Numbered from the whole stretch's first letter, positions 13,543 through 26,150 are shown. The stretch: DNA of 63,533 nucleotides, filler included, from Welwitschia mirabilis (GCA_051453625.1; 7 parts of one record of this genome joined end to end with filler, not necessarily neighbours in it); one strand, 5' to 3'. Made by a program: numbers and translations. Notes: generated by a model not told the origin, from the sequence alone.

Positions 13543-15325
13543 AGAAAATTGTAGAACCCACAAGAAAAAAGGGAGATTATTATCATATAAATAATGCGTG
13601 CAAAAGCATATCTCTTCAAAATGACATAATATTGTAAATGTAAAATGATCACAAGAGAATAAACATCTAAGTATTGAATATAAATAAAAGCATATCAAAT
13701 TCTTGCCTATAATCATATCTTTTAATGCTTTTAGCTTCTAAGTCTGACTTTTCAAGAAGTGTGTTACCTGAAACGTTTTAAAGTAAATGCATTATAATAT
13801 GAAGTATGCATTTCAATTAAAAAAATAAAGCAACCAGATACAAGTTTTTCAAAATTCTTGGAATAATATAAGTTTAAAAAATGACCTCTCTAGAATAGAG
13901 AATGANNNNNNNNNNNNNNNNNNNNNNNNNNNNNNNNNNNNNNNNNNTGTCCATTAATCCAGGTCTTCATCCATAAAATTAGACTTGAAGTCTCATCCAA
14001 AGGACCAACAAAGTTCTATTAGTGAACATCTAGTCTATAATTTTAAGAGGCTAAAACATTCCAAGGTCCTTGGCTAATATTTGATGTGTAGGACTATAGG
14101 ATATGTGTTGATAGAAATATGTCATTAACAAGGTGCAAAGATCATATTTCACAATATGTGGATATCACATATAGTCCTATTGTTAATTCTTCCAGATGTC
14201 AAATAAATCATAACAAAAGAGAGTATGATGCTTTATCAATTTTATATGCACCACCTATTGCATGTCACTAAGAATTTGATCATGTAGAGTGCATATTTTT
14301 TGTAACCCAATATGTGAACATCAACAGAATTTAGAAGTAATTACTTACTGGGAAACATAATAAAATACTAAGAACTTGATTTGATGTAATATGACATGAT
14401 AAAAAAGCAATCCAACTCGAATTTATAATAAGAAAATTGTAGAACCCACAATAAGAAGGGAAGATTATTTTCATATAAATAATGCGTGCAAAAGCATATC
14501 TCTTCAGAATGACATAATATTATAAATGTAAAATGATTAAAAGAGGATAAATATTTGAGTATTACATATAAATAAAATCATATCAAATTCTTGCCTATAA
14601 TCATATCTTTTAATGCTTTCAACACAACCTCCAAGTCTGACTTTTCAAGTAGTGTATTACCTAAAATGTTGCAGAGCAAATGCATTATAATATAAGGTAT
14701 GAATTTCAATTAAAAAAAAAAAGTGACCAGATACAATTTTTTCAAAATTATTGGAATAATATAAGTTTAAAAAATGACCTCTCTAAAATAGAGAATGAGC
14801 AAGGGAATTGAGATAGAAATTGTGACATGGAATGCATTTGTATCCATTAATCCAAGTCTTTACCCATAAAATTAGACTTAAAGTCTCATCCAAAGGACCA
14901 AAAAAGTTCTATCAGTGGACATTTTATCTATGATTTTAAGAGGCTAAAACATTCCAAGGTCCTCAGTTAATATCTGATGTGTAGGACTGCAGGATATGTG
15001 TTGATTGAAATATGACATTAACAAGGGGCAAAGCTCATATTATACAATATGTGGATATCATATATAGTCCTATTGTTANNNNNNNNNNNNNNNNNNNNNN
15101 NNNNAAAAAAGAGATCATGATGCTTTGTCAATTTTCTATGCGTCACCTATTGCATGTCACTGATAATTTGATCATGTAGAGTGCATTCTTTTTGTAACCT
15201 AATATGTGAACAACAACAAAAATTTGGGAGTAATTACTTGCTGGAAAACATAATAAAACACTAAGAACTTGATTTGATGTAATATGACATGATACAAAAG
15301 CTATCCAACTTGAATTTATAATAAG
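13543..15325. repeat. Tandem duplication, two units of ~890 bp
   Basis: Unit 1 starts 13543 and unit 2 starts 14431 (agaaaattgtagaacccaca...ataaataatgcgtgcaaaagcatatctcttc). The units are colinear with many substitutions, and their junction is in called sequence rather than at a gap. Confidence 0.9.
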
Positions 15326-16749
15326 ATACACGACAGAGGTTGTGAAACCAAGAAANNNNNNNNNNNNNNNNNNNNNNNNNNNNNNNNNNNNNNNNNNNNN
15401 NNNNNNNNNNNNNNNNNNNNNNNNNNNNNNNNNNNNNNNNNNNNNNNNNNNNNNNATAAAACACTAAGAACTTTATTTGATGTAATATGACGTGATACAA
15501 AAGCTATCTAACTTGAATTTATAATAAGATACACGACAGAGGTAGTGAAACCAAGAAATATAGCTAACTGCAAATAGAAGTAACATAGATGGAAATACCT
15601 TGTCATAAGTTTACTGTCAGCTAGATTCCACTGAAGAATACAAAATTTATACCTCTTAATTAAAAGAAATAAGTAATCTTGAGTCTCATTNNNNNNNNNN
15701 NNNNNNNNNNNNNNNNNNNNNNNNNNNNNNNNNNNNNNNNNNNNNNNNNNNNNNNNNNNNNNNNNNNNNNNNNNNNNNNNNNNNNNNNNNTCATTCTAAA
15801 ATAATGCAACTTTAGAAACAAAGCTTTTAAACAACTAAAACAAATGTCTAATTTAATAATAAACATTCTGAACATACATAAAGCCTAAAACGTTTAAGAA
15901 TTACATTAGGACATCTAACATTGGCTGAAAACAACAAAAGTGTAATTAGGTAAAGAAAAACATAAGATATAAAAGTATGCATACTCTCATTCTTCCAACA
16001 TGCTGATGGAATTTTATAAATGTGCTTCTTTAAGGAATACCTACTTTTTAGATTATAAATGTGCTTATTTAAGGAATATATGCTTTTTCATCTTTAAAAT
16101 AATAGATTATGAATCTCTAAAATAATAGTGCATCTAATAAGTTATCACTTTCTCAAAAACACAGGAAGACTAGCCCAGAAGCCTTCTTACTATCCATTTT
16201 CCTAAAACTCTTAATGAATGAGAAAACCCTAACTCAAAACTACAAAATGTAGCATTTGGCTTGGACAAATATGGAATCTAGAATTGTAGAGTAGACAACA
16301 ACATTGAAAGATAAAAGAAAAATCTAAATTGGAGTGGAATTATTGCAAAGAGAGGAGATCCATGGTTTCGAGCTCAAAAGAACCTCTACCATGACACATT
16401 AAGTTCTATTGCCCATAACGCCGATAACCTCTTCTTTTATGCATTTAAAAATTCCTCTTGATAATAATACTAGGGCCCTCGAAGGAGAAAGCAAATGTGA
16501 GGAAAAGGAATGACTCATGAGCTTTCAACCCCTTCCTCATAAGGTGATTCTTGATGCAGAAGAGCTAATTATCATGAGAGCCGTAACACAGAAGAGTTAA
16601 TTCTCAAATGTAGAAGAGTTGTGATCTAGGAGAGCTAGAGAGTTAATTCTTAAATGTAGAAGAGATGTAACGTAGAAGAGCCGTTTGTTTGTTTAATAAA
16701 GATAGATGATTCTAAAATGAGAGAAAAGGTTCAAGGTAAAAAAGACATA

Positions 16750-16989
16750 TTATTTAAGCGGTTTATTAAAATAAATGCCTTAAAAATATGGACTTTTTAA
16801 GGTATTTATTTATATAAATTCCTTAACAGAATATCTGAATGCTCTTAAGGCGATTGTCTAAATAAATAACTTAAATAGCTTTTCATTCAGCTCATTTTAA
16901 GGAGTTTATCAAAATAAAATCATTAAAAGGCTATATATTTAAGGTGTCTATTTTAACAAATTCCTTAAAAGATAATATTTCTTGTAGTA
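16750..16989. mobile_element. CACTA (En/Spm) terminus with subterminal repeats
   Basis: Ends tttcttgtagta (reverse complement TACTACAAGAAA, one transition from CACTACAAGAAA). About five imperfect palindromic subterminal repeats of the form ttaagg..ttt...aaat.ccttaa precede it. The other end was not found. Confidence 0.7.
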
Positions 16990-18279
16990 AGTGGGTTAGA
17001 GCTAATAATCTCAAAAGTTTTCTAACACAGTTAGCTCTCAGANNNNNNNNNNNNNNNNNNNNNNNNNNNNNNNNNNNNNNNNNNNNNNNNNNNNNNNNNN
17101 NNNNNNNNNNNNNNNNNNNNNNNNNNNNNNNNNNNNNNNNNNNNNNNNNNNNNNNNNNNNNNNNNNNNNNNNNNNNNNNNNNNNNNNNNNNNNNNNNNNN
17201 NNNNNNNNNNNNNNNNNNNNNNNNNNNNNNNNNNNNNNNNNNNNNNNNNNNNNNNNNNNTGAGCATTAGTCAATTATATGACAAAGGTCACAAAGTAATC
17301 TTTGAAAAACCGAAATGCAAAGTTGTTGATGAGAAAACTAATATTGCTATCTTTACTGTAAAAAGAGTAGATAGTATTTACAGAATAGATATCCATTTGA
17401 TCAATTAGTTAATTCATACAAATTATGACATAATAAAAGGAAATATTAGCCTAAATCTTACTAAAACTAAATGTTTTTTGGAGAATTCTAATGTAACTCC
17501 CTGTGATTGTAATTTAATTATCAATCATGAAAATGAACTGGGGGTTTTGTTACCATTATTTAGCTGATTACAAGTTAATCAACTAGATCTATCATTCAGT
17601 TAACCAGATGTGGTTGGTCAACCGACCTAAAAGCCTAGTTTCCCGAACTCCTTCTAGTACTATAGACTTGCATCTCAACGGGTCAACTAAAATCTCGAGT
17701 AGTTGACTAGACANNNNNNNNNNNNNNNNNNNNNNNNNNNNNNNNNNNNNNNNNNNNNNNNNNNNNNNNNNNNNNNNNNNNNNNNNNNNNNNNNNNNNNN
17801 NNNNNNNNNNNNNGAACTGGGGGTTCAGTTACTATTCTTTAGATGATTGCAAGTCAATTGATCAGATCTATCATTCGGTTGACCAGATGTGGTCAGTCAA
17901 CCGACCTAAAAGCCCAGTTTCCCGAACTCCTTCTAATACTATAGACTTGCATCTGAACAGGTCGACTAGAATCTCGAGTAGTTGACTAGACATGATGGAT
18001 CACAGTGCAGACATACCATTGGTGGACTTGATTTCTTTCTTCATTNNNNNNNNNNNNNNNNNNNNNNNNNNNNNNNNNNNNNNNNNNNNNNNNNNNNNNN
18101 NNNNNNNNNNNNNNNNNNNNNNNNNNNNNNNNNNNNNNNNNNNNNCTAAAATCTCGAGTAGTTGACTAGACATGATGGATCACAGTGCAGACATACTATT
18201 GATGGCCTTGATTTCTTTCTTCATTTTGTTTTATTTTTCATAGTTTCTAAAAGAAAGAAGACCCTAAATTGATTTTCTT

Positions 18280-19450
18280 ATGTTCCATCCTTCTTCATCT
18301 CTCAGATCTAGAGCTCTTTCTTCAAGATCAAGAGCTTTACTCTTAGATCTAGTGCTTTTCTCTAAGTTTTCTTGCTTACAAAGTTCTTNNNNNNNNNNNN
18401 NNNNNNNNNNNNNNNNNNNNNNNNNNNNNNNNNNNNNNNNNNNNNNNNNNNNNNNNNNNNNNNNNNNNNNNNNNNNNNNNNNNNNNNNNNNNNNNNNNNN
18501 NNNNNNNNNNNNNNNNNNNNNNNNNNNNNNNNNNNNNNNNNNNNNNNNNNNNNNNNNNNNNNNNNNNNNNNNNNNNNNNNNNNNNNNNNNNNNNNNNNNN
18601 NNNNNNNNNNNNNNNNNNNNNNNNNNNNNNNNNNNNNNNNNNNNNNNNNNNNNNNNNNNNNNNNNNNNNNNNNNNNNNNNNNNNNNNNNNNNNNNNNNNN
18701 NNNNNNNNNNNNNNNNNNNNNNNNNNNNNNNNNNNNNNNNNNNNNNNNNNNNNNNNNNNNNNNNNNNNNNNNNNNNNNNNNNNNNNNNNNNNNNNNNNNN
18801 NNNNNNNGCCTGCTGTTACCAAAGAGATTTGTGGTAAGGTGAATTCTTGAAAGCACACCCTTTCTACTTCATTATTGACACCAGAATATCATTTTATTCA
18901 CTTGATTTTTCCTTATAACTTCTTACTTTTAGCTAGACATCGTAATGAGGCCTCCTGCTATAGAGCCTATATGATGTATTTGGTAGGGACTGAGCATTCT
19001 ATTGATGCTTCTACCATAATACTGAACAATATGATCTCACAGTTGGAGTATCATAGGACTAAGGCGTTACCCTATTCTATGATTATCANNNNNNNNNNNN
19101 NNNNNNNNNNNNNNNNNNNNNNNNNNNNNNNNNNNNNNNNNNNNNNNNNNNNNNNNNNNNNNNNNNNNNNNNNNNNNNNNNNNNNNNNNNNNNNNNNNNN
19201 NNNNNAATCCTTGAAGTCTCCCTCTTCAAAGAAAGCTTCTCCTAATGAGACCCTTTACTATCTAAGATGGATTGATTCCCGTACCAGATACATAACAGAA
19301 GCATTCATAGCAGCTAGTTATGATATTGCTAATACCTCAGTAGAGATCACTAGCTCAGCTCACACAAGAGACGATGAAGAAGATACAAAGAAAGACTTTG
19401 AAGAAGAAGAAGAAGAAGAGAGTCTGACTAAAAATTTTAGATTATGTTTT
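18280..19450 (+). pseudogene. Sirevirus env-like/extra 3' ORF (gapped)
   Basis: LTPEYHFIHLIFPYNFL...SIDASTIILNNM...ALPYSMII, then YLRWIDSRTRYITEAFIA. Homologous to 30700-31950, and located between pol and the PPT. Confidence 0.7.
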
Positions 19451-20810
19451 GCTTTGNNNNNNNNNNNNNNNNNNNNNNNNNNNNNNNNNNNNNNNNNNNN
19501 NNNNNNNNNNNNNNNNNNNNNNNNNNNNNNNNNNNNNNNNNNNNNNNNNNNNNNNNNNNNNNNNNNNNNNNNNNNNNNNNNNNNNNNNNNNNNNNNNNNN
19601 NNNNNNNNNNNNNNNNNNNNNNNNNNNNNNNNNNNNNNNNNNNNNNNNNNNNNNNNNNNNNNNNNNNNNNNNNNNNNNNNNNNNNNNNNNNNNNNNNNNN
19701 NNNNNNNNNNNNNNNNNNNNNNNNNNNNNNNNNNNNNNNNNNNNNNNNNNNNNNNNNNNNNNNNNNNNNNNNNNNNNNNNNNNNNNNNNNNNNNNNNNNN
19801 NNNNNNNNNNNNNNNNNNNNNNNNNNNNNNNNNNNNNNNNNNNNNNNNNNNNNNNNNNNNNNNNNNNNNNNNNNNNNNNNNNNNNNNNNNNNNNNNNNNN
19901 NNNNNNNNNNNNNNNNNNNNNNNNNNNNNNNNNNNNNNNNNNNNNNNNNNNNNNNNNNNNNNNNNNNNNNNNNNNNNNNNNNNNNNNNNNNNNNNNNNNN
20001 NNNNNNNNNNNNNNNNNNNNNNNNNNNNNNNNNNNNNNNNNNNNNNNNNNNNNNNNNNNNNNNNNNNNNNNNNNNNNNNNNNNNNNNNNNNNNNNNNNNN
20101 NNNNNNNNNNNNNNNNNNNNNNNNNNNNNNNNNNNNNNNNNNNNNNNNNNNNNNNNNNNNNNNNNNNNNNNNNNNNNNNNNNNNNNNNNNNNNNNNNNNN
20201 NNNNNNNNNNNNNNNNNNNNNNNNNNNNNNNNNNNNNNNNNNNNNNNNNNNNNNNNNNNNTACTTTGTAATATTTACTTATGTCTAATGAAATGCACTTA
20301 TATATTTTACACAAGATCATGATTTAATTGGTATCTCAAATCTATTTGTTCTTTTCCAAATCATATATGCTCAACATGTTTTTCTTTTGGTATTATGTGT
20401 GCTTAACTTGCAAAGTTTAAAATCTTCTAACATTGGAAACAAATTCTCATATATGCCATCTGACTAAAATGTTAAATGAGTGCCATGATCACATTATGAT
20501 TATCATAAAGTTATGCCTTTTTAAACTTTCAAATATGCATATTAAATTGTTCTATTTAAAGCACAAAATTTGACTGTTCAAAATGTCTTAACTTGCTTCA
20601 AAAGGAGTATTATTTTGCAATAGGCATTTTGTAAGGGGAAGCTTTTCTAAAGTTCTAATTTTTTATAAATAAGTTTTGTTTATCATCAATGTCAAAGGGG
20701 TAGATTATTAGATTATGTTTTATCAATTGATGTTAAACTAATGTTTTCTATATAGTAAATTTTATATATCTTGTGCAGAAGATATTAATTACTTATAGTC
20801 AAAAGATGAA

Positions 20811-20910
20811 NNNNNNNNNNNNNNNNNNNNNNNNNNNNNNNNNNNNNNNNNNNNTTAATTAATTAANNNNNNNNNNNNNNNNNNNNNNNNNNNNNNNNNN
20901 NNNNNNNNNN
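20811..20910. other. Artificial assembly spacer N44-TTAATTAATTAA-N44 (also 29721-29820, 43299-43398, 52331-52430, 59150-59249, 61531-61630)
   Basis: An identical 100-bp structure occurs six times. TTAATTAATTAA is a six-frame stop linker. Confidence 0.97.
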
Positions 20911-21149
20911 GGTATGAATCTATTGGATCTGAAGGATCAAGCATTGTAATCTTGTGACTTTCACTATTGTATCTTATCATCTATACTTCTGATTAAAGAA
21001 GATCTACCATCTATATCATCTCTACACTTAAGATCAGATCTTGTACTTCATTCATGTTACATCTACAAGAGAAGAGCTCCATTAAATGTACTAAATCAAG
21101 AATAAGTGATATCTTTGCTCTGTTGGCATCATTACATCACTACTTTGCT

Positions 21150-21660
21150 TTGTAAAAGATTGAGACTAAGCCTTGAAAATTCCATTCAAAGGTTGAGAGT
21201 AAGCCTTGAAAAGTCCATTAAAAGGTTGAGACTAAGCCCTAAAAAGTCCATTCAAAGGTTGAAACTAAGCCTTGAAAAATCCATTCAAAGGTTGAGACTA
21301 AGCATGAAAAAGTCCATTTGTAAAGGTTACAGNNNNNNNNNNNNNNNNNNNNNNNNNNNNNNNNNNNNNNNNNNNNNNNNNNNNNNNNNNNNNNNNNNNN
21401 NNNNNNNNNNNNNNNNNNNNNNNNNNNNNNNNGATATCTTTGCTTTGTTAGCATCATTACATCACTACTTTGCTTTGTAAAAGATTGAGACTAAGCCTTG
21501 AAAATTCCATTCAAAGGTTGAGACTAAGCCTTGAAAAGTCCATTAAAAGGTTGAGACTAAGCCCTAAAAAGTCCATTCAAATGTTGAAACTAAGCCTTGA
21601 AAAGTCCATTCAAAGGTTGAGACTAAGCATGAAAAAGTCCATTTGTAAAGGTTACAGGTA
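21150..21660 (+). repeat. 33-bp tandem repeat inside the LTR (aaaggttgagactaagccttgaaaagtccattc)
   Basis: About five consecutive units lie on each side of a 100-N gap, and the two sides duplicate each other. The repeat produces the spurious RLRLSLEKSIQ ORFs. Confidence 0.9.
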
Positions 21661-22089
21661 GAATACTCAGTGGAGTAATGAAGATCTGAGACCTAGCTTG
21701 GGGATAAGCTAATCATCGAGAGTGGAGTAGGGGGTTTCCAAAATTACTATAAATTTGGCATGCATTCATTTGGTATTTTTGTACCTTCAGTCATTATTTT
21801 TTTACTTCTATTATTTTCTTATTTCATGCACATTTTAGATTAGTTAATTACTATATGAAAGTTTTATTTAAGATTGGATTCATTTAAAATATTGTGTTGC
21901 ATCTTGGTTCAGCCCCCCCCCTTTAGGGTTCTTAATTCTATCACAATAATATTTTAATTGTTAAATCACTAAATGAGACTGAAAGATAGCTAGTTTGATT
22001 TCCTTTTCTAATTAAATTTCTTTATATAGTATAGATAATAAACTTAAGAACTCAATTTGTTGCAGAGACTTATAATTAGTCTATTCTTT

Positions 22090-22475
22090 TAGAAATGCTT
22101 AAGGAATTTTTGGTACCCATGTCTTGAATCCATTGATATTAAATACACATGCATTCTTTGAGAACATAAATAGAAAATAATTTTATAGAATGATCATGCC
22201 TATGCCTGTTTGAGAATGCTTATCATTAATAGCTACAAAATCAGATTGAATCACTTGATTTTCAATCTTAATTATTACTTTTAATTCTACATGAGAAATA
22301 GGTGCTTTACCATTCATTATAGAGATAGAATACAGAATAGGTAACTTAATCCAATGATCTTGTAATATATGTAGTATAGCAAAATTCTAGGTTGCTCCTG
22401 TGTCAATCAATGTAATTTGTTTTTTTCATAAACCATTTTTCCTCTGTATTTTAGTTAAAATGTAAATTAAAGAAA
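22090..22475 (-). pseudogene. Caulimovirid aspartic protease remnant
   Basis: LIYILTKIQRKNGL*KKQITLIDTGAT*NFAILHILQDHWIKLP, with the DTG codons at 22396-22404. Confidence 0.8.
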
Positions 22476-22899
22476 TAATCTTAAATGTTCTAATAATATT
22501 TTGTTTTTATAGTTATTACTATAGATGATATTTCATTTTATGGATAAGATGACCTTTAATGATATACCTACTTTCGAAATGATGCTATATCTATTAATTT
22601 TTCTACACTAGTTTGTTGTAAATCACCTTAAAATAATTTTATAAATTATTTATCTATGTCATCGATCCATCTTAGATCTATTCTATCATCATCATAAATA
22701 GGTGTTTTTTCATCATTTTCTTTTGAACATTCACCTTATTCACAAAAAGCATAGTGTAGATACATTCTAATTCTTCCTTGTCTTGAAATTGTTCATCAAT
22801 AATATCTGACCATGATTTTTAAACAATATATAGTTATCCTTCTAAATTTTTACATATCTTGTTATTAACCTTAGGTATACTTGATTTAACTTTTTCTTT

Positions 22900-23450
22900 T
22901 GCATGTAAACCTTGTGAATATCTGTGGTCAAAGTAAGTGATACTATAAAGTAGTAGTTTGCATGAGATTTATTTTCTTTGTGCATTAATTCTAATATTTT
23001 TCTTTTACATATTTTGGAAGAGAAGCTAAAAATGTGGTAATATAAGTAGTATTATGGAATAAGCCAAGACGATAAGTGGCTTTATGATAATATTTTGCAT
23101 ACTTTTCAAATTTAGATAAATCCTTTAGTTTTCATCATTGTAACTGAGTAACCTTAAATTCTCCTCTAAGTGGACCCATTTCTAGAGTGAATTCTTTTAA
23201 TAAGTAAGCTATTAAGACTTATCTACCTGAATCTAAAATTTACTATTTATACGCATCTAGAGAATTTATCCACCAATATCAAGCGATTCCTGAAATTCTA
23301 GCTAATGCCTATTTAATAATATTTTTTTCTAGCTCATCTCGTATTTCATATGCTATATGTATATATTCTATTCACAAATTTATGATAAATAAAACTTCAT
23401 AAAGCCTAACCTTATTAATATTTGATTTTGGAATATTAGTCTTTCATCTA
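22900..23450 (-). pseudogene. Caulimovirid coat protein core remnant
   Basis: ISGIA*YWWINSLDAYK**ILDSG...LLKEF...KLKDLSKFEKYAKYYHKATYRLG...TFLASLP resembles the G..K.WW / EF / L..F..Y / F...LP pattern of caulimovirid capsids. It lies between MP and protease. No zinc knuckle was seen. Confidence 0.65.
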
Positions 23451-24429
23451 TTCTGAAATGCCATTATATTATAGTATGGTAACTCATATTTATCTACTTT
23501 AGTCATTAACTATTTTACTAGGGATTTCTTTGATGGATCATATGAATATTGGAATTGTGAAAACCATTTATTATTATGTTCTAGAGGTAACTGATTTGAA
23601 TAATTTGATTTAAATATTGCCATAGCTTGATCATATGCTAATAATTCTTTTGCTTTAGCCTTTGTTTCTACCTATTCTTATTTTATATTTATTTTCTTTT
23701 GTCTCTCTTTTTCTTCACTAGCACACTGCTGTTCAAAAACTCTAAGAATTTTGAGATTATAGTTAATCTTCTTAATTTATTATTCAAAAAAATATATTTT
23801 TGGTAATGGATGATCTATATAAGATATTAGGTAATTTAACTGTTTAACTAAATATTCTTGCATTTTGTTTTTAACTCCATTGAATGTTCTAAAATATGAG
23901 TAATATCTACTTTTGTCTTAGTTAATGAGATATTTGAATTATTTAGGAGGATATTTTAATTTTTTAGTATAAAATTTTTAATTTAAAATATCTAAAATTC
24001 ATCACTTGATTCTAGTTAATACTTTATTTCTGTTCCTTTGCCTTCATCATATTTACTTTTGCTAAATTTTTTCTATTTATTTCTCATAGAATTCTTCTTC
24101 ATCACTTTTATATTCATCCCAATCTACTAAACTTGTACTTGCATTACTTTTGTTTTGGATTTTAGGTTCTTCTTCAATCTTGATATTAACTTGAATATTC
24201 TGATTTACTGATATTACATGAGGAACTTCTAGTTCAGTGTATAAATTTATAGTAGCATATATTCTAGTTTAAATACTTGGATATTTGGAAAAGATCTTTG
24301 GGCTAAACTATTTCTTGTCTTTAGGCTTAAATATATATTTTTAATTATCTAAATATTATTGGATTGCTAAAAGATTATTCACATAACCATTAGTATTAAC
24401 TCTTTTATCAAGTTCTAATAAATTTCTTG

Positions 24430-25073
24430 ATCGAATGGGAAACTTAACAGCATATGCTAACTTGGAATTCATAAACATATCTCAAAGTAAATTGAAAGTG
24501 CATCTCGAACCTATAGAGAAATATACAGATACTTCAAGTATATCTACTCCATGTATCTCAATGCATACCATTAGAGACTACATAAGTAGTTTATCTTATA
24601 AACTTAATTGAAAGTTCAGTTAAATACAACATATAAAATCTTTATTTAAATGTCCTCTAAATTGAAAAATGAGAGCATTTTCCCATGTTGTATGTCTAAC
24701 CTCTAATAAACTTACTAAATAGTTTTCACAAATGTTGTAGTTAAACTTTGGGTAAATAACCTTTTTATTTTCATTATTCTATATATACTTATTAAATAAG
24801 TGTAAAAATACTAGTTTAATACCCTGACCTTCTACATCCAAATGAACTTTAGGTTCTAATATGTATACATAGTTATTTTCTATATTTAGGTATATCATAT
24901 AGATTGTCTTTTTTAATATCTAAGAATCTAACTTCATTCATTTTTAAATCATGCTGGTATTCATTTTTCATAACTAATTTATGAATAGGCATAAAGTGAT
25001 ATTCATTCAATAAACTTCGAGTAGATAATGTACCAGTAAAAGCATAAGAAGTTAAATCTTTTTGAAGAGCCAT
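24430..25073 (-). pseudogene. Viral 30K-superfamily movement protein remnant
   Basis: ATG at 25073 (MALQKDL...). After a frameshift: LVSLLEVRHTTWENALIFQFRGHLNKDFICCI*LNFQLSL*DKLLM*SLMVCIEIHGVDILEVSVYFSIGSRCTF. This matches the caulimovirid MP core pattern L.D.RH...ALI...PNF..SL.D..L..SL...I..HG.D. Confidence 0.8.
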
Positions 25074-26150
25074 ACCTTTTGTCTATAATCAAACATTATA
25101 GACTAGATGCGAAGGCTAATAATTTACAATTACTTGCTACTAATCATAGCTTTATAATGATCCATATTTGTTTAAGCTTATACTTAGAATCTCTCTTTCC
25201 CAAGGATCTATGTGGTAATTTATCAAGAGAAACACAAATATTCTATCTTACAATGAAACTCAAAATAAAAGAAAATTAGAAGTTCTAAAAGAGGATAATC
25301 TTTAGTTGATGATGTAAGGAAACAGAAATGCTCTAAGGATCTAATTGATTCATCCAACTCTCTATTGCAATGTGAATTTCTACAATGTTTCACATCTTGA
25401 TCTAAATCCTATTAATTACAAATAAAATGCAGAAACACAACACACTAGTATAGTTGGGAGTAATCCAAATGTTGTAATTCCATTGAAGGCTAAAGTATGG
25501 AAAATAAAGAGTTAATTTCAAGATGGAAATATATAACTCTAATTTATTGAAATAAATTGCAACACATGGAATTGACATAGTAATGTAAAACTAATCTATG
25601 AAAAGAAATAACGACACACCTAATCTAATCAAGCTCAACCTTGATAAAGGCTGTCCTTATAATCTATATAATAGAAGAAACCTGTCACTGAATCTTAAAC
25701 AACATAAACTATGAGGGAGAGATTCCTGCATATATTGAACAAATAGGATAATTTATATTAAAAAGCATAAAANNNNNNNNNNNNNNNNNNNNNNNNNNNN
25801 NNNNNNNNNNNNNNNNNNNNNNNNNNNNNNNNNNNNNNNNNNNNNNNNNNNNNNNNNNNNNNNNNNNNNNNNCACAATCTATATAATAGAAGAAACCTAT
25901 CACTGAATCTTAAACAACATAAACTATAAGGGAGAGATTCCCTTCATAGATTGAACAAAAAGGATAATTCATATTAAAAAGCATAAAAGACATCTGTATC
26001 ACAAAGTAATCATTCCTCAATAGAGGATACGCCACCCAACACCAAGGTAACGTCTCTCTAGATTACAAGATGGTTCTCTGGTCTTAAGATCTCCTGTCAT
26101 GAGAATGTCAGGTACTGTCGAAGATGATTAGGAATCGAGAGTAAGACCTT

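Larger units (their letters stand above)
16990..21943 (+). mobile_element. Internally deleted Sirevirus element: protease remnant, spacer, env-like ORF, PPTs, 3' LTR
   Basis: SISQLYDKGHKVIFEKPKC (Copia pol N-terminus) at 17260-17400 is followed by non-coding repeats with no integrase or RT seen. The extra ORF is at 18280-19450, purine tracts at ~20600, ~20633 and 20694-20705, and the LTR at 20706-21943. The LTR spans an assembly spacer. Confidence 0.75.
20706..21943 (+). mobile_element. Sirevirus 3' LTR
   Basis: Follows the PPT aaaggggtagat (20694-20705) and ends ccccccccctttagggttcttaattctatca at 21943. Same family as 3840-5243 in opposite orientation. Confidence 0.75.

Noticed and set aside
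20855-20866. Recurrent palindrome TTAATTAATTAA as a biological motif
   Set aside because: It is always centred in exactly 44+44 Ns, so it is an artificial scaffold linker.
21150-21660. CRISPR-like array / repetitive protein RLRLSLEKSIQ
   Set aside because: The 33-bp units are contiguous with no unique spacers, sit inside a plant LTR and have no cas genes nearby. The ORF is a by-product of a unit length divisible by three.
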